Virus record (IMG/VR): IMGVR_UViG_3300025674_000062
Coordinates: 1-52,209 of that record
Length of the DNA: 52,209 nucleotides
DNA from: a virus
Taxonomy: Duplodnaviria; Caudoviricetes
Direction: 5' to 3' (one strand)
Shown: positions 37,542 to 47,984 of the stretch, piece by piece
Layout: each line of letters begins with the position of its first letter
How positions within the stretch are numbered: position 1 is the stretch's first letter
Notes under the pieces: model-generated
What the model saw: the letters and a program-made list of their open reading frames with translations, nothing else
What the model was told of the DNA's origin: nothing
Databases searched by the model: none
Program-made: the position numbers and the translations under genes

Positions 37542-39293
37542 ATGTCTATTATTCAAACACTAAGTGAAGGCATTGTCAATCGTGATCTTAAAAAAGAAGG
37601 TGCTGCACTTTTAACTAAGTGGGAAGCTACCGGACTTCTTGAGGGTATTGATACCCAACAAGGTAAGCACAATATGGCTCGTCTTCTCGAAAATCAAGCG
37701 AAGGAACTTCTTCGCGAATCTAACGCAATGTCAAATGGTCAAGTTGAAGGTTTTGCTTCAGTTGCTTTCCCAATTGTACGTCGTGTTTTTGCTGGATTGA
37801 TCGCAAACGATCTCGTTTCTGTTCAACCAATGTCTCTTCCAAGTGGATTGATCTTCTTCTTGGATTTTGTTTATTCACCAAGAATTAACGATGATTCTGT
37901 TACCGCTAGTGGTACAGCTGATCCTCGTTTTGGTAATGCAGTATCTAAATCGATTTATGGTACAGATCAAGTTGGTTCTCAAATTACCGGTGGTGTTGAT
38001 CTCGTAGGAAGTCTTGGAGAAAACCTTTCTGGTCCTAGACAAATGGTAGGTTATTCTTATGCTTCTCCTCTTAAAAAAGCTGATATTGCTGGTACTGGTC
38101 ATGAAACTAGTTTTGGAATTATTTCTGCTTTGACAGAAGCTCAAAAGAAAGAAATTAAGTATGATCCAGATGTTCTAGCTGAAACTTCTTCCTATATTTT
38201 AAAATTAGCTATTCCTAAAACTGATTTTAGTAATGCAGACTTCAAAAATCTTGCAGCATTTAATATCTCAGGTTCTTCTTTGGCTTATTCTGATGGCGGT
38301 GGTTCAGATGTTAATGATGATGATACTAAATTAATTCGTCGATTGACTTCTGATGATGGAACTAACATCAACTTTTTCTTTGTTGGTCCTGCTGCTTTGG
38401 CTAACATCGATCCAGATGGCAATGTTAGAATCGACCACCCGGAAAAAGATGAACTTACTTCAACTGCCGATAAGCTTGGTGCTATTGATGGATTCAACTT
38501 CCCGTTTGAAGGAAGCGGCGAATTGCCAGAAATCGACATCAAAGTTGACTCAATCGCGATTACAGCTCAAACCAAAAAGCTTAAAGCAAAATGGACACCT
38601 GAGTTGGGTCAAGATTTGAATGCTTATCACAACCTTGATGCTGAAGTAGAACTTACATCGATTCTTTCTGAGCAAATCGCTCTTGAAATCGACCGTGAAC
38701 TTCTTGCTGATCTTGTAAATGGCGCAACTGCTGCAACATACTACTGGTCTCGTTCACCTGGTCTTTTCGTTAATCGTACAACCGGTGCTGAGCTTGGTGC
38801 TACATCTGCTGCTCCTGACTTCACAGGAACTGTTTCAGAATGGTACGAAACTCTTATCGAAACCATTAACGACGTTTCTGCACAAATCCACTTGAAAACA
38901 CTTCGTGGTGGAGCTAACTACATTGTTTGTTCTCCTGAAGTTGCTAACATTCTTGAGTTTACCTCTGGATATCGTGCAAACGTTACAGCTGATGCTGACA
39001 AAGGAACCATCGGTGCCGTTAAGGTTGGTTCTCTTTCTCGTAAGTTTGACATCATCGTTGATCCTTACTTCCCAAGAAATGCTATTCTTGTTGGACGTAA
39101 AGGCGGCTCATTCCTTGAGTCTGGATACGTTTATGCTCCTTACGTTCCACTTCAAACAACACCTACAATCTTCGGTGTCGAAGACTTTGTGCCACGTAAA
39201 GGCGTAATGACTCGATACGGTAAGAAGATGGTTCGTCCTGATATGTACGGTCTTGTAATCGTTCGTGGTCTCCTTGGAGAGGAAGGTTCTTAA
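37542..39293 (+). CDS. major capsid protein (T4 gp23-like)
   Basis: KW..TGLLEG, LLENQ, VSVQPMSLPSGLIF, KLKAKWTPELGQDL...DAEVEL, YAPYVPL, GVMTRYG. Confidence 0.95.
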   Translation: MSIIQTLSEGIVNRDLKKEGAALLTKWEATGLLEGIDTQQGKHNMARLLENQAKELLRESNAMSNGQVEGFASVAFPIVRRVFAGLIANDLVSVQPMSLPSGLIFFLDFVYSPRINDDSVTASGTADPRFGNAVSKSIYGTDQVGSQITGGVDLVGSLGENLSGPRQMVGYSYASPLKKADIAGTGHETSFGIISALTEAQKKEIKYDPDVLAETSSYILKLAIPKTDFSNADFKNLAAFNISGSSLAYSDGGGSDVNDDDTKLIRRLTSDDGTNINFFFVGPAALANIDPDGNVRIDHPEKDELTSTADKLGAIDGFNFPFEGSGELPEIDIKVDSIAITAQTKKLKAKWTPELGQDLNAYHNLDAEVELTSILSEQIALEIDRELLADLVNGATAATYYWSRSPGLFVNRTTGAELGATSAAPDFTGTVSEWYETLIETINDVSAQIHLKTLRGGANYIVCSPEVANILEFTSGYRANVTADADKGTIGAVKVGSLSRKFDIIVDPYFPRNAILVGRKGGSFLESGYVYAPYVPLQTTPTIFGVEDFVPRKGVMTRYGKKMVRPDMYGLVIVRGLLGEEGS

Positions 39294-39326
39294 TCTTAGA
39301 TTTTGAATCTAGCTTTTCAAAAAATT

Positions 39327-39360
39327 CCCTCAAACTTTTGTTTGGGGGTTTTTTCTTTTT
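39327..39360 (+). terminator. intrinsic terminator after major capsid gene
   Basis: CCCTCAAAC-TTTT-GTTTGGGGG followed by TTTTTTCTTTTT. Confidence 0.8.
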
Positions 39361-39427
39361 GGAGAAACTACTTATTATGAACAGGTCGTTAAGGACCTCA
39401 ACTTTTTTTAATTAAGGAGATTATATT

Positions 39428-39862
39428 ATGGCTAAAGTTGCAAGAGCGGCGAGAAACGCTTCATTAATGAGAGTAGAGTCTGTCTCTGCTGATAAAACTA
39501 TTTTACCTGCCGAATCAGGTGAAATTTATTTAGTAGATGGAAGTTCTGATAGAACTCTTACACTACCAGCTGTTAAAGAAGGGGCATATATTAAAGTCAT
39601 TCTTTCTGTTGCTTGTGGTGTCGGAACAACAGTCACAATCCAAGCTGCTCCAAATACAGTTGATATCTTAGGAGTTCTTCAACAAGTAAATGCTGCTGAT
39701 CATAGTTCGGCTGGTGCTGATGCTGGAGCTGCTGCTGATGACAAGGTAGTTTTTGGTAATAGTTGTGCTGCTGGTTCATATGTTGAATTAGTTTGTGATG
39801 GAACCAAGTGGTTTGCTAGTGGTTTCTCACATGGCGGAACTTTAACATTTGCTGCTTCATAA
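39428..39862 (+). CDS. small beta-rich capsid decoration/structural protein
   Basis: LTLPA...G...(I/V).V, GSYVELVCDGTKWF, similar to the C-terminal domains of the upstream fibre genes; ACTACTTA 39367. Confidence 0.55.
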   Translation: MAKVARAARNASLMRVESVSADKTILPAESGEIYLVDGSSDRTLTLPAVKEGAYIKVILSVACGVGTTVTIQAAPNTVDILGVLQQVNAADHSSAGADAGAAADDKVVFGNSCAAGSYVELVCDGTKWFASGFSHGGTLTFAAS

Positions 39863-39872
39863 TAGGTGACCT

Positions 39873-40205
39873 ATGGGACGTAAAGCAAAAAGAGCTAAAG
39901 TACTCGTACGAAAGATGCGAATCACAGGACAAGAAATTGATCCTGTGGTTGCACGTCGTTGCGGTGTAGAAAAGCAAAACCAAAAACTCATTGACGCTCG
40001 ACTTGAAAAAGAAGCAGAAGAAAAGCGAATAGCAGAAGAAGCAGAACGCAAAAAGCGTGAAGCCGAAGAAGCGAAGCGAAAGGCAGAGGAGGACGCCAAA
40101 CGTAAAGCTGAAGAAGCAAAGAAAAAAGCCGAAGCTTCTAAGAAAAAGAAAGCTGCTGCTGAAAAAAAGAAAGCCGAAGCCAAAAAAGAATCTCCTGAAG
40201 AATAA
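39873..40205 (+). CDS. K/E/A-rich charged helical protein
   Basis: Low-complexity EAE.KKR repeats; AGGTG RBS. Confidence 0.5.
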   Translation: MGRKAKRAKVLVRKMRITGQEIDPVVARRCGVEKQNQKLIDARLEKEAEEKRIAEEAERKKREAEEAKRKAEEDAKRKAEEAKKKAEASKKKKAAAEKKKAEAKKESPEE

Positions 40206-40237
40206 AAATTTAACACATATGTTAGTCCTCCGCTCTC

Positions 40238-40276
40238 GCCCCATGCCTCTCCAATTGCTTGGGGCTTTTCTTATTT
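40238..40276 (+). terminator. putative terminator
   Basis: GCCCCA...TGGGGC followed by TTTTCTTATTT. Confidence 0.45.
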
Positions 40277-40310
40277 AAAAAACTAGTTACTTGGAACGGA
40301 GGTTATATGC

Positions 40311-41561
40311 ATGTCACTACCAACTTTAACACCAACATCAACACAATCAGCGATTATTCTTCCTGTTACCGGAACAATATCTAACGTTGCTGCTGCTTGC
40401 CCTATGGGCGTTTATAATTCTTCTGATGAATTCCTATCAGGAGCAGTAAAGCAAGTCAAGTTTACCTACAAAAGACTTGGAGGTGATGTTCTTGATATTG
40501 AATTAACAGAACAAAATGTTTATGCGAATTACGAAGAAGCAGTTCTTGAGTACTCTTATATAATAAATCAACATCAAGCAAAAAATGCTTTAGGTCCAGC
40601 TCTTGGATCTCCAACAGCCTCTTTTGATCACAAAGGCGAAACAACAGCAGGAGCAGATGGTGCTTCTCTCAAATACCCAAAGTTCACCTTTGACTATGCT
40701 TTTAAAATGGGTGATAAATTTGCTACTGAGGCAGGTGTTGGAGGAACAGAACCAATCTATTCAGCTTCTATCTCAACTGTTTCTGGACAACAAGATTATG
40801 ACCTTCAAGATCTTGTTTATTCTGCATCTTTAGAATCAGGCTCACCATTCTCTGGTTCTGTTGGAAACAAAAGAATCAAGATAAGAAAAATGTATTATAT
40901 TTCTCCTCAACAAATGTGGAGATTCTATGGATATTATGGCGGACTTAATGTTGTTGGAAACTTTCATAACTATGGTCAATATGCTGATGATTCTTCATTT
41001 CAAGTAATTCCGGCATGGCAAAATAAACTTCAAGCAATTTCTTATGAAGACCATCTTTACACAAGAACATCACACTATTCATATGAAATCATTGATAATA
41101 AATTGAGATTGTATCCAATACCTTCCACTGTTTCACCGGAGAAGTTTTGGTTTAGATTTACAATTGATGGGAATTCAAGCCCTTTTACAGATGATACAAA
41201 TGTTGGACAAGATGGCGTGAACAATATGAATACTTTGCCGTTCCAAAACATACCCTATGAGTCCATCAATTCAATGGGTAAGCAATGGATAAGGCGATTT
41301 GCTTTGGCGCTCTCAAAAGAGACCCTCGGCCAAATAAGAGGCAAATTTGGAGGTAACATACCAATACCGGGAGACAATATAACTCTCAATGCTTCCGATC
41401 TATTGAGTCAAGCTAAAGAAGAACAAGACAAGTTAAAAGAAGAGTTAAGAAAAATACTTGAAGAAACAACATATGACAAACTTATTGAAACAGATAAGAA
41501 CATGGTTGATAACCAAAATGCAATTGTTCAAAAAGCACCTCTTGGAATTTTTGTAGGATAA
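40311..41561 (+). CDS. neck protein (T4 gp13-like adaptor)
   Basis: RLGGDVLDIELT, WIRRFALALSKETLGQIRGKF...IPGDNITLN; position after the capsid gene. Confidence 0.8.
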   Translation: MSLPTLTPTSTQSAIILPVTGTISNVAAACPMGVYNSSDEFLSGAVKQVKFTYKRLGGDVLDIELTEQNVYANYEEAVLEYSYIINQHQAKNALGPALGSPTASFDHKGETTAGADGASLKYPKFTFDYAFKMGDKFATEAGVGGTEPIYSASISTVSGQQDYDLQDLVYSASLESGSPFSGSVGNKRIKIRKMYYISPQQMWRFYGYYGGLNVVGNFHNYGQYADDSSFQVIPAWQNKLQAISYEDHLYTRTSHYSYEIIDNKLRLYPIPSTVSPEKFWFRFTIDGNSSPFTDDTNVGQDGVNNMNTLPFQNIPYESINSMGKQWIRRFALALSKETLGQIRGKFGGNIPIPGDNITLNASDLLSQAKEEQDKLKEELRKILEETTYDKLIETDKNMVDNQNAIVQKAPLGIFVG

Positions 41562-41566
41562 AATAA

Positions 41567-42058
41567 ATGTCAGATGATAAATGGTCAAAATTAGATGCTC
41601 CGCCTCCTCCAATGTTCCTTGGAGAGAAGGAAAAAAACCTTGTAAAGCAAGTTAACGATGAAATCATCGAGAGAGTTGTTGGACAACAAATCTTATATTT
41701 TCCAATTGATATTGAACATACAAATTATCACCCTCTTTATGGTGAAGCAATTGAGAAAACCTTTCTTCCTCCTGTTAGAGTGTTTGCAAGAGTTGAATAT
41801 GGTGGTGTTGAGACAAATGTTATTGACAATATTGGTTTAGATAAAAAAACCACTTTGAAAGTTATGTTTCATAAAAGAAGATTAACAGAAGATCAAAACC
41901 TTTTTGTTCGAGAAGGTGATTTTGTAAGATATGGTTCTATTTTTTATGAAATCGTAAAAACAAATGAACCAAAGCACCTATTCGGTCAAGCTGATACTCA
42001 ATTCGAAATCATTGCTGACTGTATAAGAGCAAGAGATGGCGTATTTAACGCGGAGTAA
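41567..42058 (+). CDS. neck/head-closure protein (T4 gp14-like)
   Basis: GQQILYFP, LYGEA, EGDFV.Y, FYEI; synteny. Confidence 0.7.
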   Translation: MSDDKWSKLDAPPPPMFLGEKEKNLVKQVNDEIIERVVGQQILYFPIDIEHTNYHPLYGEAIEKTFLPPVRVFARVEYGGVETNVIDNIGLDKKTTLKVMFHKRRLTEDQNLFVREGDFVRYGSIFYEIVKTNEPKHLFGQADTQFEIIADCIRARDGVFNAE

Positions 42059-42061
42059 ACA

Positions 42062-42898
42062 ATGACAACAGAAAATATTGAATTCAAAGCATCGACAATT
42101 GAAACTATTGACACAAGCATTTATGAGTGGATTGAAAATTCTTTAGATCTTCACACAACAACAAACAAAGGGTTATTTAAGGTACCCGTATTATGGCTTG
42201 GGACTGAAAGAACTTGGCAAATTAAGAACGACCAAAGAATTAGAGACAAAGTTGGTAAGTTAATCTTGCCTTTAATCACAGTTAATCGTGATTCAATTAC
42301 AAAAGATCCTTCATTTAAAGGATCATTTCAAGCAAACCTATTTGAACAACAAGATTATAAAGGTGGAGCGACACCTGTTGATTCTAATATCAATCAGGAT
42401 AAAACTCAAAACTTCCAAAATTCAATAAGAACAAGAAATACAAACAACCAACAACAAACAGGTAAAGTAAAAGATAATAATCAGATAATCTATAATACTT
42501 ATAATGCTCCTATCCCTGTTTACGTCAATACAACATATTCTATAACACTAAGAACAGAATATCAACAGCAAATGAATGATCTTATGCAACCATTTATCAC
42601 AACAACAGGGCAAATTAATTCTTTCTTGTTAAAAAAAGATGGACATAGATATGAAGCCTTTATTCAACAAGATTACTCTATGAACAATAATACAACAAAC
42701 ATTGGCGAAGAAGAAAGAATGTTTGAAACAAAAATACAAATTAAAGTACTTGGTTATTTGGTGGGAGAAGGGTTCAATAGATCCCGACCAACTCTTTCTA
42801 GGAGAGAGAATCAAGTAAAAGTAAGAATAACTAGTGAAAGATCCATAGTCGGTGATAAAGTTCCTTGGAAAAAGAAGGATAATGACTATAGAGATTAA
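42062..42898 (+). CDS. tail terminator/sheath stabilizer (T4 gp15-like)
   Basis: VPVLW, LPLITV, PVYVNTTYSITL...QQMNDLMQ; lies before the sheath gene. Confidence 0.65.
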   Translation: MTTENIEFKASTIETIDTSIYEWIENSLDLHTTTNKGLFKVPVLWLGTERTWQIKNDQRIRDKVGKLILPLITVNRDSITKDPSFKGSFQANLFEQQDYKGGATPVDSNINQDKTQNFQNSIRTRNTNNQQQTGKVKDNNQIIYNTYNAPIPVYVNTTYSITLRTEYQQQMNDLMQPFITTTGQINSFLLKKDGHRYEAFIQQDYSMNNNTTNIGEEERMFETKIQIKVLGYLVGEGFNRSRPTLSRRENQVKVRITSERSIVGDKVPWKKKDNDYRD

Positions 42899-42957
42899 GC
42901 GTTTCAGTTTTTTCACAACTACTTATTAGAGAAAAAGTTTATTTTAAGGAGAAAATA

Positions 42958-45831
42958 ATGCCTACAAGATTTGATTTTATATCACCCGGAATCCAACTTA
43001 ACGAAGTTGATGAATCCCAAATTCCATCAGTTGTATCTGATGATACCGGTCCAGTTATTATTGGACGCTCACTTTCAGGTCCTGCTATGAAGCCGATCAA
43101 AGTTAAGAATCTTCAAGATTTTAATGAAATATTTGGTTTGGGAATCTCTGGAAAAGGAAATAAAAATAACGATGTCTGGAGAGATGGTAACACTCTTGGA
43201 CCAACTTATGCTGTTTATGCTGCTCAAGCTCATTTAGCTTCACAAACAACTCCTGTTACATTTTTAAGACTATTAGGAGAGAAATCTGCTGATGCTACAA
43301 CAGATGCTCAATATGCTGGTTGGAATATTGCTGATTCTTCAAATCCTTCTGCTACAATTGCTAACAATAAATCAGCTTATGGATTGTTTATTTTACCTTC
43401 TGCATCTCATGATTCAAACGCTACTGGTTCTCTAGCGGCTATTTTCTATGTTAACGGTGGATCGGTTCAATTATCAGGAACTATCGCTGGTGATGGTGTA
43501 ACAGATACTACATCTTCTGTTGGTACTTTGATTAAATCCGTAGGTACTTCAGCAAATCGTTTCACAATTGAAATAAGAGATGCTAGTGATGAAGAAGTTA
43601 CAAAAAAGACTATTGATTTCACACCAGGTTCTTCAAAATACATTAGAAACCAATTTAATACTAACCCTCAATTACTTGAGGCAAACAAAAATTTTGGATT
43701 AACAAACAAAAACTATTTTCTTGGTGAAACATTTGAACAATCTGTTCATGAATATGGTGGAACCTCAACTACAGCTGGTGCTCAATTAGGTATTATCTTG
43801 GCTCTTGATTCTGGTTCTTTGAATTACGGAGATCACAAGAAAGACATGCTACCAGCAAAAACAGGTTGGTTCTTAAACAGAAAATCTGAAGATAACACAG
43901 ATGGTGAAAAGCTATTCCGCCTTGTTTCTCTTCATGAAGGTGAATGGTTGCAAGCTGGATATCAAGTTGCTATAAAAGATTTGACACTTGGAAATGACGT
44001 TGAACCAAATTCAACATTCACACTTGAAATACAAGATAAGCATGGAAATGCAGTTGAACAATTCTCAGGCCTTAATTTAGATCCTTCATCAGAAAAATAT
44101 ATTGCAAAAGCAATTGGTGACCAATATCTTTCTTGGGATGCAACGAACACAAAATACAATGTTCGAGGAGAATACACAAACAAATCAAATTATGTTTATG
44201 TTGAAATGGCATCCGCTGTTACTTCTCAACAACTAGAAGATGCTCATGCTCTTCCTGTCGGGTGTCTTGGTCCTTTAAGAGCAAAAGGGTTTTCAATTGT
44301 AAGTGGTTCACAAGTTGTTGCTAAAGCTGATACTCCTTTATCTGGTAACACAGCATATGCTCAAACATCAGTTGTAGCTAATGCTAATGTGCCTCATGCT
44401 GGTGGAGATGCTGATATCTTTGCTAATGTTCCTGATGCATTCTCAGGTTCTTTTGTATTCCCATCTTTAAGACTCACAACACAAAACGCCAATTCAAATG
44501 GAAAGAACTTTGCAAAAACAGACTTCCAAGGTGTTCGTCATCATAGAGCGACAGCAACAACAAGAGACGATTCTTTCATTGATTTGGTAAGAGTTCTTCC
44601 CGGTAATGCAACACTTAACTTAAATCATCACTTGGGCGAAAACGAATCACTTCCTGCTTCTCATGAATATTCTTACATTTTCTCTCTTGATGATGTTGTT
44701 CAAGATTCAAATAACACAAATGAATATTATTATGAATCAGGTTCTTATGATGCTGGTACTTCTTATTCAAAAGCTCAAGGTTCCATTAAAGACCTTTTCC
44801 AAGATAAAGTTCGTCAATTTAGAGTTCCTTTCTTTGGAGGACATGATGGATTGGACCTTAAAGAAGTTGAGCCATTCTCAAATAAAAACTTGACAGATAA
44901 AACAAGACAAGAATCTTATGCTTACAATTCAGTCTTCAAAGCTCTTGAATCAGTTCAAGATCCCGAGGTTGTTGAATATAATGTTCTTGCAATCCCAGGT
45001 ATCACACACACAGATGTTACTGATGAGGTTTTAAGAGTTGCAGCAGAAAGAAAAGACCACTTGGCTATTATCGATATCGAAGGCGGTTACAAACCTGCTT
45101 ATGAATCTAATGGTTCTGTTACCACTGGTGGTATCAATGGAACAATTACTTCTCTCGAAGGAAGAAAATTGAACACATCTTACGCAGCTGCTTATTATCC
45201 TTGGGTACGCTTAAGAGATAGAATAGGCGGCCAAAATGACGTATTGTACGTCCCTCCATCGGTTGCTGCCATTGGTGCCCTAGCTAAGTCTGATAAAGCA
45301 TCAGATCTATGGTTTGCGCCCGCAGGATTCAATCGTGGTGGTATTAATGAACTTGGTGGATCTCAAGGTCCAATTATAACAGGAACTTGGGAGCATCTAA
45401 CAAAAGATGATCGCGATGACTTGTATCAAAACAACATCAACCCAATTGCAAGATTTCCTTCAATGGACCAAATTGTAATCTTTGGACAAAAGACACTTCA
45501 ACAAACAGATTCTGCTCTTAACAGAATTAATGTTAGAAGATTGTTGATTTTCCTCAAGTACAGAATTGGACTTATCGCTGATACTATTTTGTTTGATCAA
45601 AACGTAAGCACCACTTGGAATCGTTTCAAGTCAAGAGCAGAAAGAGAATTAGTTGATGTTCAAAATAGATTGGGAATATCTGAGTTCAAATTGGTTCTTG
45701 ATGAAAAAACAACAACACAAGACTTGGTAGATAGAAACATCATGTATGCTAAGATATTTATCAAGCCTACGAGATCAATAGAGTTTATTGCAGTTGACTT
45801 TATTATCTCAAGATCTGGTGTAGAATTCTAA
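42958..45831 (+). CDS. contractile tail sheath protein (gp18-like)
   Basis: SPGIQLNEVD, YAAAYYPW, VPPS, WFAPAGFNRG, INPI, FGQKTLQ, RINVRRL, IFIKPTRSIEFI; ACTACTTA 42918. Confidence 0.95.
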   Translation: MPTRFDFISPGIQLNEVDESQIPSVVSDDTGPVIIGRSLSGPAMKPIKVKNLQDFNEIFGLGISGKGNKNNDVWRDGNTLGPTYAVYAAQAHLASQTTPVTFLRLLGEKSADATTDAQYAGWNIADSSNPSATIANNKSAYGLFILPSASHDSNATGSLAAIFYVNGGSVQLSGTIAGDGVTDTTSSVGTLIKSVGTSANRFTIEIRDASDEEVTKKTIDFTPGSSKYIRNQFNTNPQLLEANKNFGLTNKNYFLGETFEQSVHEYGGTSTTAGAQLGIILALDSGSLNYGDHKKDMLPAKTGWFLNRKSEDNTDGEKLFRLVSLHEGEWLQAGYQVAIKDLTLGNDVEPNSTFTLEIQDKHGNAVEQFSGLNLDPSSEKYIAKAIGDQYLSWDATNTKYNVRGEYTNKSNYVYVEMASAVTSQQLEDAHALPVGCLGPLRAKGFSIVSGSQVVAKADTPLSGNTAYAQTSVVANANVPHAGGDADIFANVPDAFSGSFVFPSLRLTTQNANSNGKNFAKTDFQGVRHHRATATTRDDSFIDLVRVLPGNATLNLNHHLGENESLPASHEYSYIFSLDDVVQDSNNTNEYYYESGSYDAGTSYSKAQGSIKDLFQDKVRQFRVPFFGGHDGLDLKEVEPFSNKNLTDKTRQESYAYNSVFKALESVQDPEVVEYNVLAIPGITHTDVTDEVLRVAAERKDHLAIIDIEGGYKPAYESNGSVTTGGINGTITSLEGRKLNTSYAAAYYPWVRLRDRIGGQNDVLYVPPSVAAIGALAKSDKASDLWFAPAGFNRGGINELGGSQGPIITGTWEHLTKDDRDDLYQNNINPIARFPSMDQIVIFGQKTLQQTDSALNRINVRRLLIFLKYRIGLIADTILFDQNVSTTWNRFKSRAERELVDVQNRLGISEFKLVLDEKTTTQDLVDRNIMYAKIFIKPTRSIEFIAVDFIISRSGVEF

Positions 45832-45875
45832 TCTACACCACTATTTAATAATAGAATTTACAGGAGAAATAAATT

Positions 45876-46427
45876 ATGACATTTTGGAGTTCACCAGCCG
45901 CTGATCCTAAAAGAAAATATAGATTTTTGGTTAGACTTTTCAATCAAGAAATAGCTTGGTACGTTAAATCTGTTACAGCGCCATCTTACGAAATCACATC
46001 AATTGAACACGCTTTTTCAGATCACGTATTCAATTTTCCCGGAAAAATCAAATGGTCTGATGTTGAAGTAACTCTTGTTGACCCAGCTGGTGATAATGAT
46101 GTTGTTCATAAAACACTTTCTTTGATTCAAACAGCAGGATATGAAATTCCAAAATTTGGTGATTTGGATAATGCATTTAAAACATTTACCAAAGCTTCTC
46201 TTGTTGGAAACAATGGAAACCTTTCAATTGAAACACAAGACGCTGAAGGGAATACTATTGAAAAGTGGACACTTCACAATGCTTTCATTACAAACGTAAA
46301 GTTTGGTGACTTTGATTATAGTTCAGAAGATATGAGAGAAATTTCATTGTCCTTTAAATACGATTGGGCTTCTTGCGAATTTGAAAACGGTGCGAAAGCT
46401 GGTAGTGATTTCTTCACTAATGGATAA
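45876..46427 (+). CDS. tail tube protein (gp19-like)
   Basis: PKRKYRF, VKSVTAPS, PGKIKWSDVEVTLVD, EKWTLHNAF, FGDFDYSS...YDW; follows the sheath; ACTATTTA 45840. Confidence 0.85.
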   Translation: MTFWSSPAADPKRKYRFLVRLFNQEIAWYVKSVTAPSYEITSIEHAFSDHVFNFPGKIKWSDVEVTLVDPAGDNDVVHKTLSLIQTAGYEIPKFGDLDNAFKTFTKASLVGNNGNLSIETQDAEGNTIEKWTLHNAFITNVKFGDFDYSSEDMREISLSFKYDWASCEFENGAKAGSDFFTNG

Positions 46428-46440
46428 CACAGAGGTTTAA

Positions 46441-47151
46441 ATGTCTTTTTGGACAAGTCCGGATATGAAAATATTGCCAAAGTTTAGGTTTTCCTTAAAC
46501 TTTGGCGGTGTTATTTGGTGGGTAAAGACAGCACAGTTTCCAAAATTGTCGCAAGAGAAGAAAGAAATCCAAACAGGATTTGGTGGTAATTCAGTTTACA
46601 AACCAGGACCAGCCAAGTGGCAGCCAATAACAGTTACGTTTGCAGATGTTATGATTCCACAAACAGAAGGTGTAACAACAAGAGATATGTCTACACAAAT
46701 GTTTTGGTTTGGGATGGCTAATATTCTTGACGACCATCAACAAAAATCTGGACTTTTAATTTCTAGAGAAAATGGAGTTTATAATGAAGGCTTTGTTGAA
46801 ACGTGGTTGGATGGCGTTCTTATCGAATCTGGTGGAAAGTTAAATAAAATTGAAATCGAAAGACATTATCAAGAAGAATATGATGCTAATGAGAAGTGGA
46901 TTGTAGAAAATATCTTGATATCTGAAATTGATTTTGGTGGAGGAGATTACAGCTCTGATGAATTAAATGAAATTTCGATTACCTTTTCATATGACATTGC
47001 AAGACCAGAGACAACTGATGAAGCGTCTCCATTTTTCCAAGCTGGTGAGGCTAGTTCAAACTTGCAACGAGAAAAGAAACAAAAAATTAGAAAAAGGGTT
47101 CAAAAGAGAAAAGCAAAAAACAAACCAAAATGGAAAGCTAGCTTAGATTAG
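46441..47151 (+). CDS. second tube-fold protein (tube paralog/initiator) with basic C-terminal tail
   Basis: MSFWTSP, PGPAKWQPITVTFAD, EKW, DFGGGDYSSDELNEISITFSYD align with the tube gene. Confidence 0.7.
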   Translation: MSFWTSPDMKILPKFRFSLNFGGVIWWVKTAQFPKLSQEKKEIQTGFGGNSVYKPGPAKWQPITVTFADVMIPQTEGVTTRDMSTQMFWFGMANILDDHQQKSGLLISRENGVYNEGFVETWLDGVLIESGGKLNKIEIERHYQEEYDANEKWIVENILISEIDFGGGDYSSDELNEISITFSYDIARPETTDEASPFFQAGEASSNLQREKKQKIRKRVQKRKAKNKPKWKASLD

Positions 47152-47159
47152 GAGTAAAA

Positions 47160-47984
47160 ATGAGCAGAAACAATAATGATAGAATCGGGCCCCCGGTTGA
47201 GCCCGCACAACAACCAGCCGAAAACCCATTATTAAACTTTGTTAAGCCAACATTGTTTGTCGATCTTCCTTCAAAAGGAAAAGGATATCCCGAAGGTCAT
47301 CCTTTGAAAGATCAAGAAGTAATTGAAGTTTTTCAAATGACAGCAAAAGATGAAGATATCTTAACATCAGAATCTTTAATAAAGAAAGGAATTGTCCTTG
47401 ATCGTTTTATTCAAAACATTTTGGTGGACAAATCGATCCAACTTGATTCTATTTTGATTGGAGATAAAAATGCTATCCTTATAGATTCAAGAATAACAGG
47501 ATACGGTCCAGACTACAATACAGAAATTGTATGTCCTTCTTGTTTCACTAAGAATCAAGTAACATATGATTTAAATGATAAATCAATTCATTATGGATCT
47601 TCTTTGGAACCAAACGAAAAAGGTCTTTATGAATTAAAGTTACCACAATCTGGTGTTACTTTAGAAATTAAACAATTGACCTCAAAAGAAGAGCGTTTAA
47701 TTGTGGAAAGAATGACAGATTCTAAAAAGAAGAAAAAAGATGAATCAACAGTAACAGATCAATACAAACTAATGGTTGTTTCTGCTAATGGTGTTGAAGA
47801 TAAAGGAATGGTTAATCAATTTATTGAACTTATGCCTCTTAAAGATTCTTTAACTCTTAAAAAGTTTTATAAAGAAATTTCTCCAAATGTTGAGTTAAAA
47901 TTTGACTTTGCATGCAAATCTTGTGGTTATGAACAAGAACTGGAGGTTCCGCTTGGAGCGGAGTTTTTTTGGCCTAAACAATGA
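47160..47984 (+). CDS. baseplate hub assembly / tail assembly chaperone (T4 gp26-like)
   Basis: VDLPSKG, MTAKDEDIL, GDKNAIL...RITGYG, two CxxC motifs, ends FFWP. Confidence 0.7.
   Translation: MSRNNNDRIGPPVEPAQQPAENPLLNFVKPTLFVDLPSKGKGYPEGHPLKDQEVIEVFQMTAKDEDILTSESLIKKGIVLDRFIQNILVDKSIQLDSILIGDKNAILIDSRITGYGPDYNTEIVCPSCFTKNQVTYDLNDKSIHYGSSLEPNEKGLYELKLPQSGVTLEIKQLTSKEERLIVERMTDSKKKKKDESTVTDQYKLMVVSANGVEDKGMVNQFIELMPLKDSLTLKKFYKEISPNVELKFDFACKSCGYEQELEVPLGAEFFWPKQ

Noticed and set aside
39873-40205. TolA or IF2 homology of the K/E/A-rich protein
   Set aside because: The resemblance is compositional low complexity only
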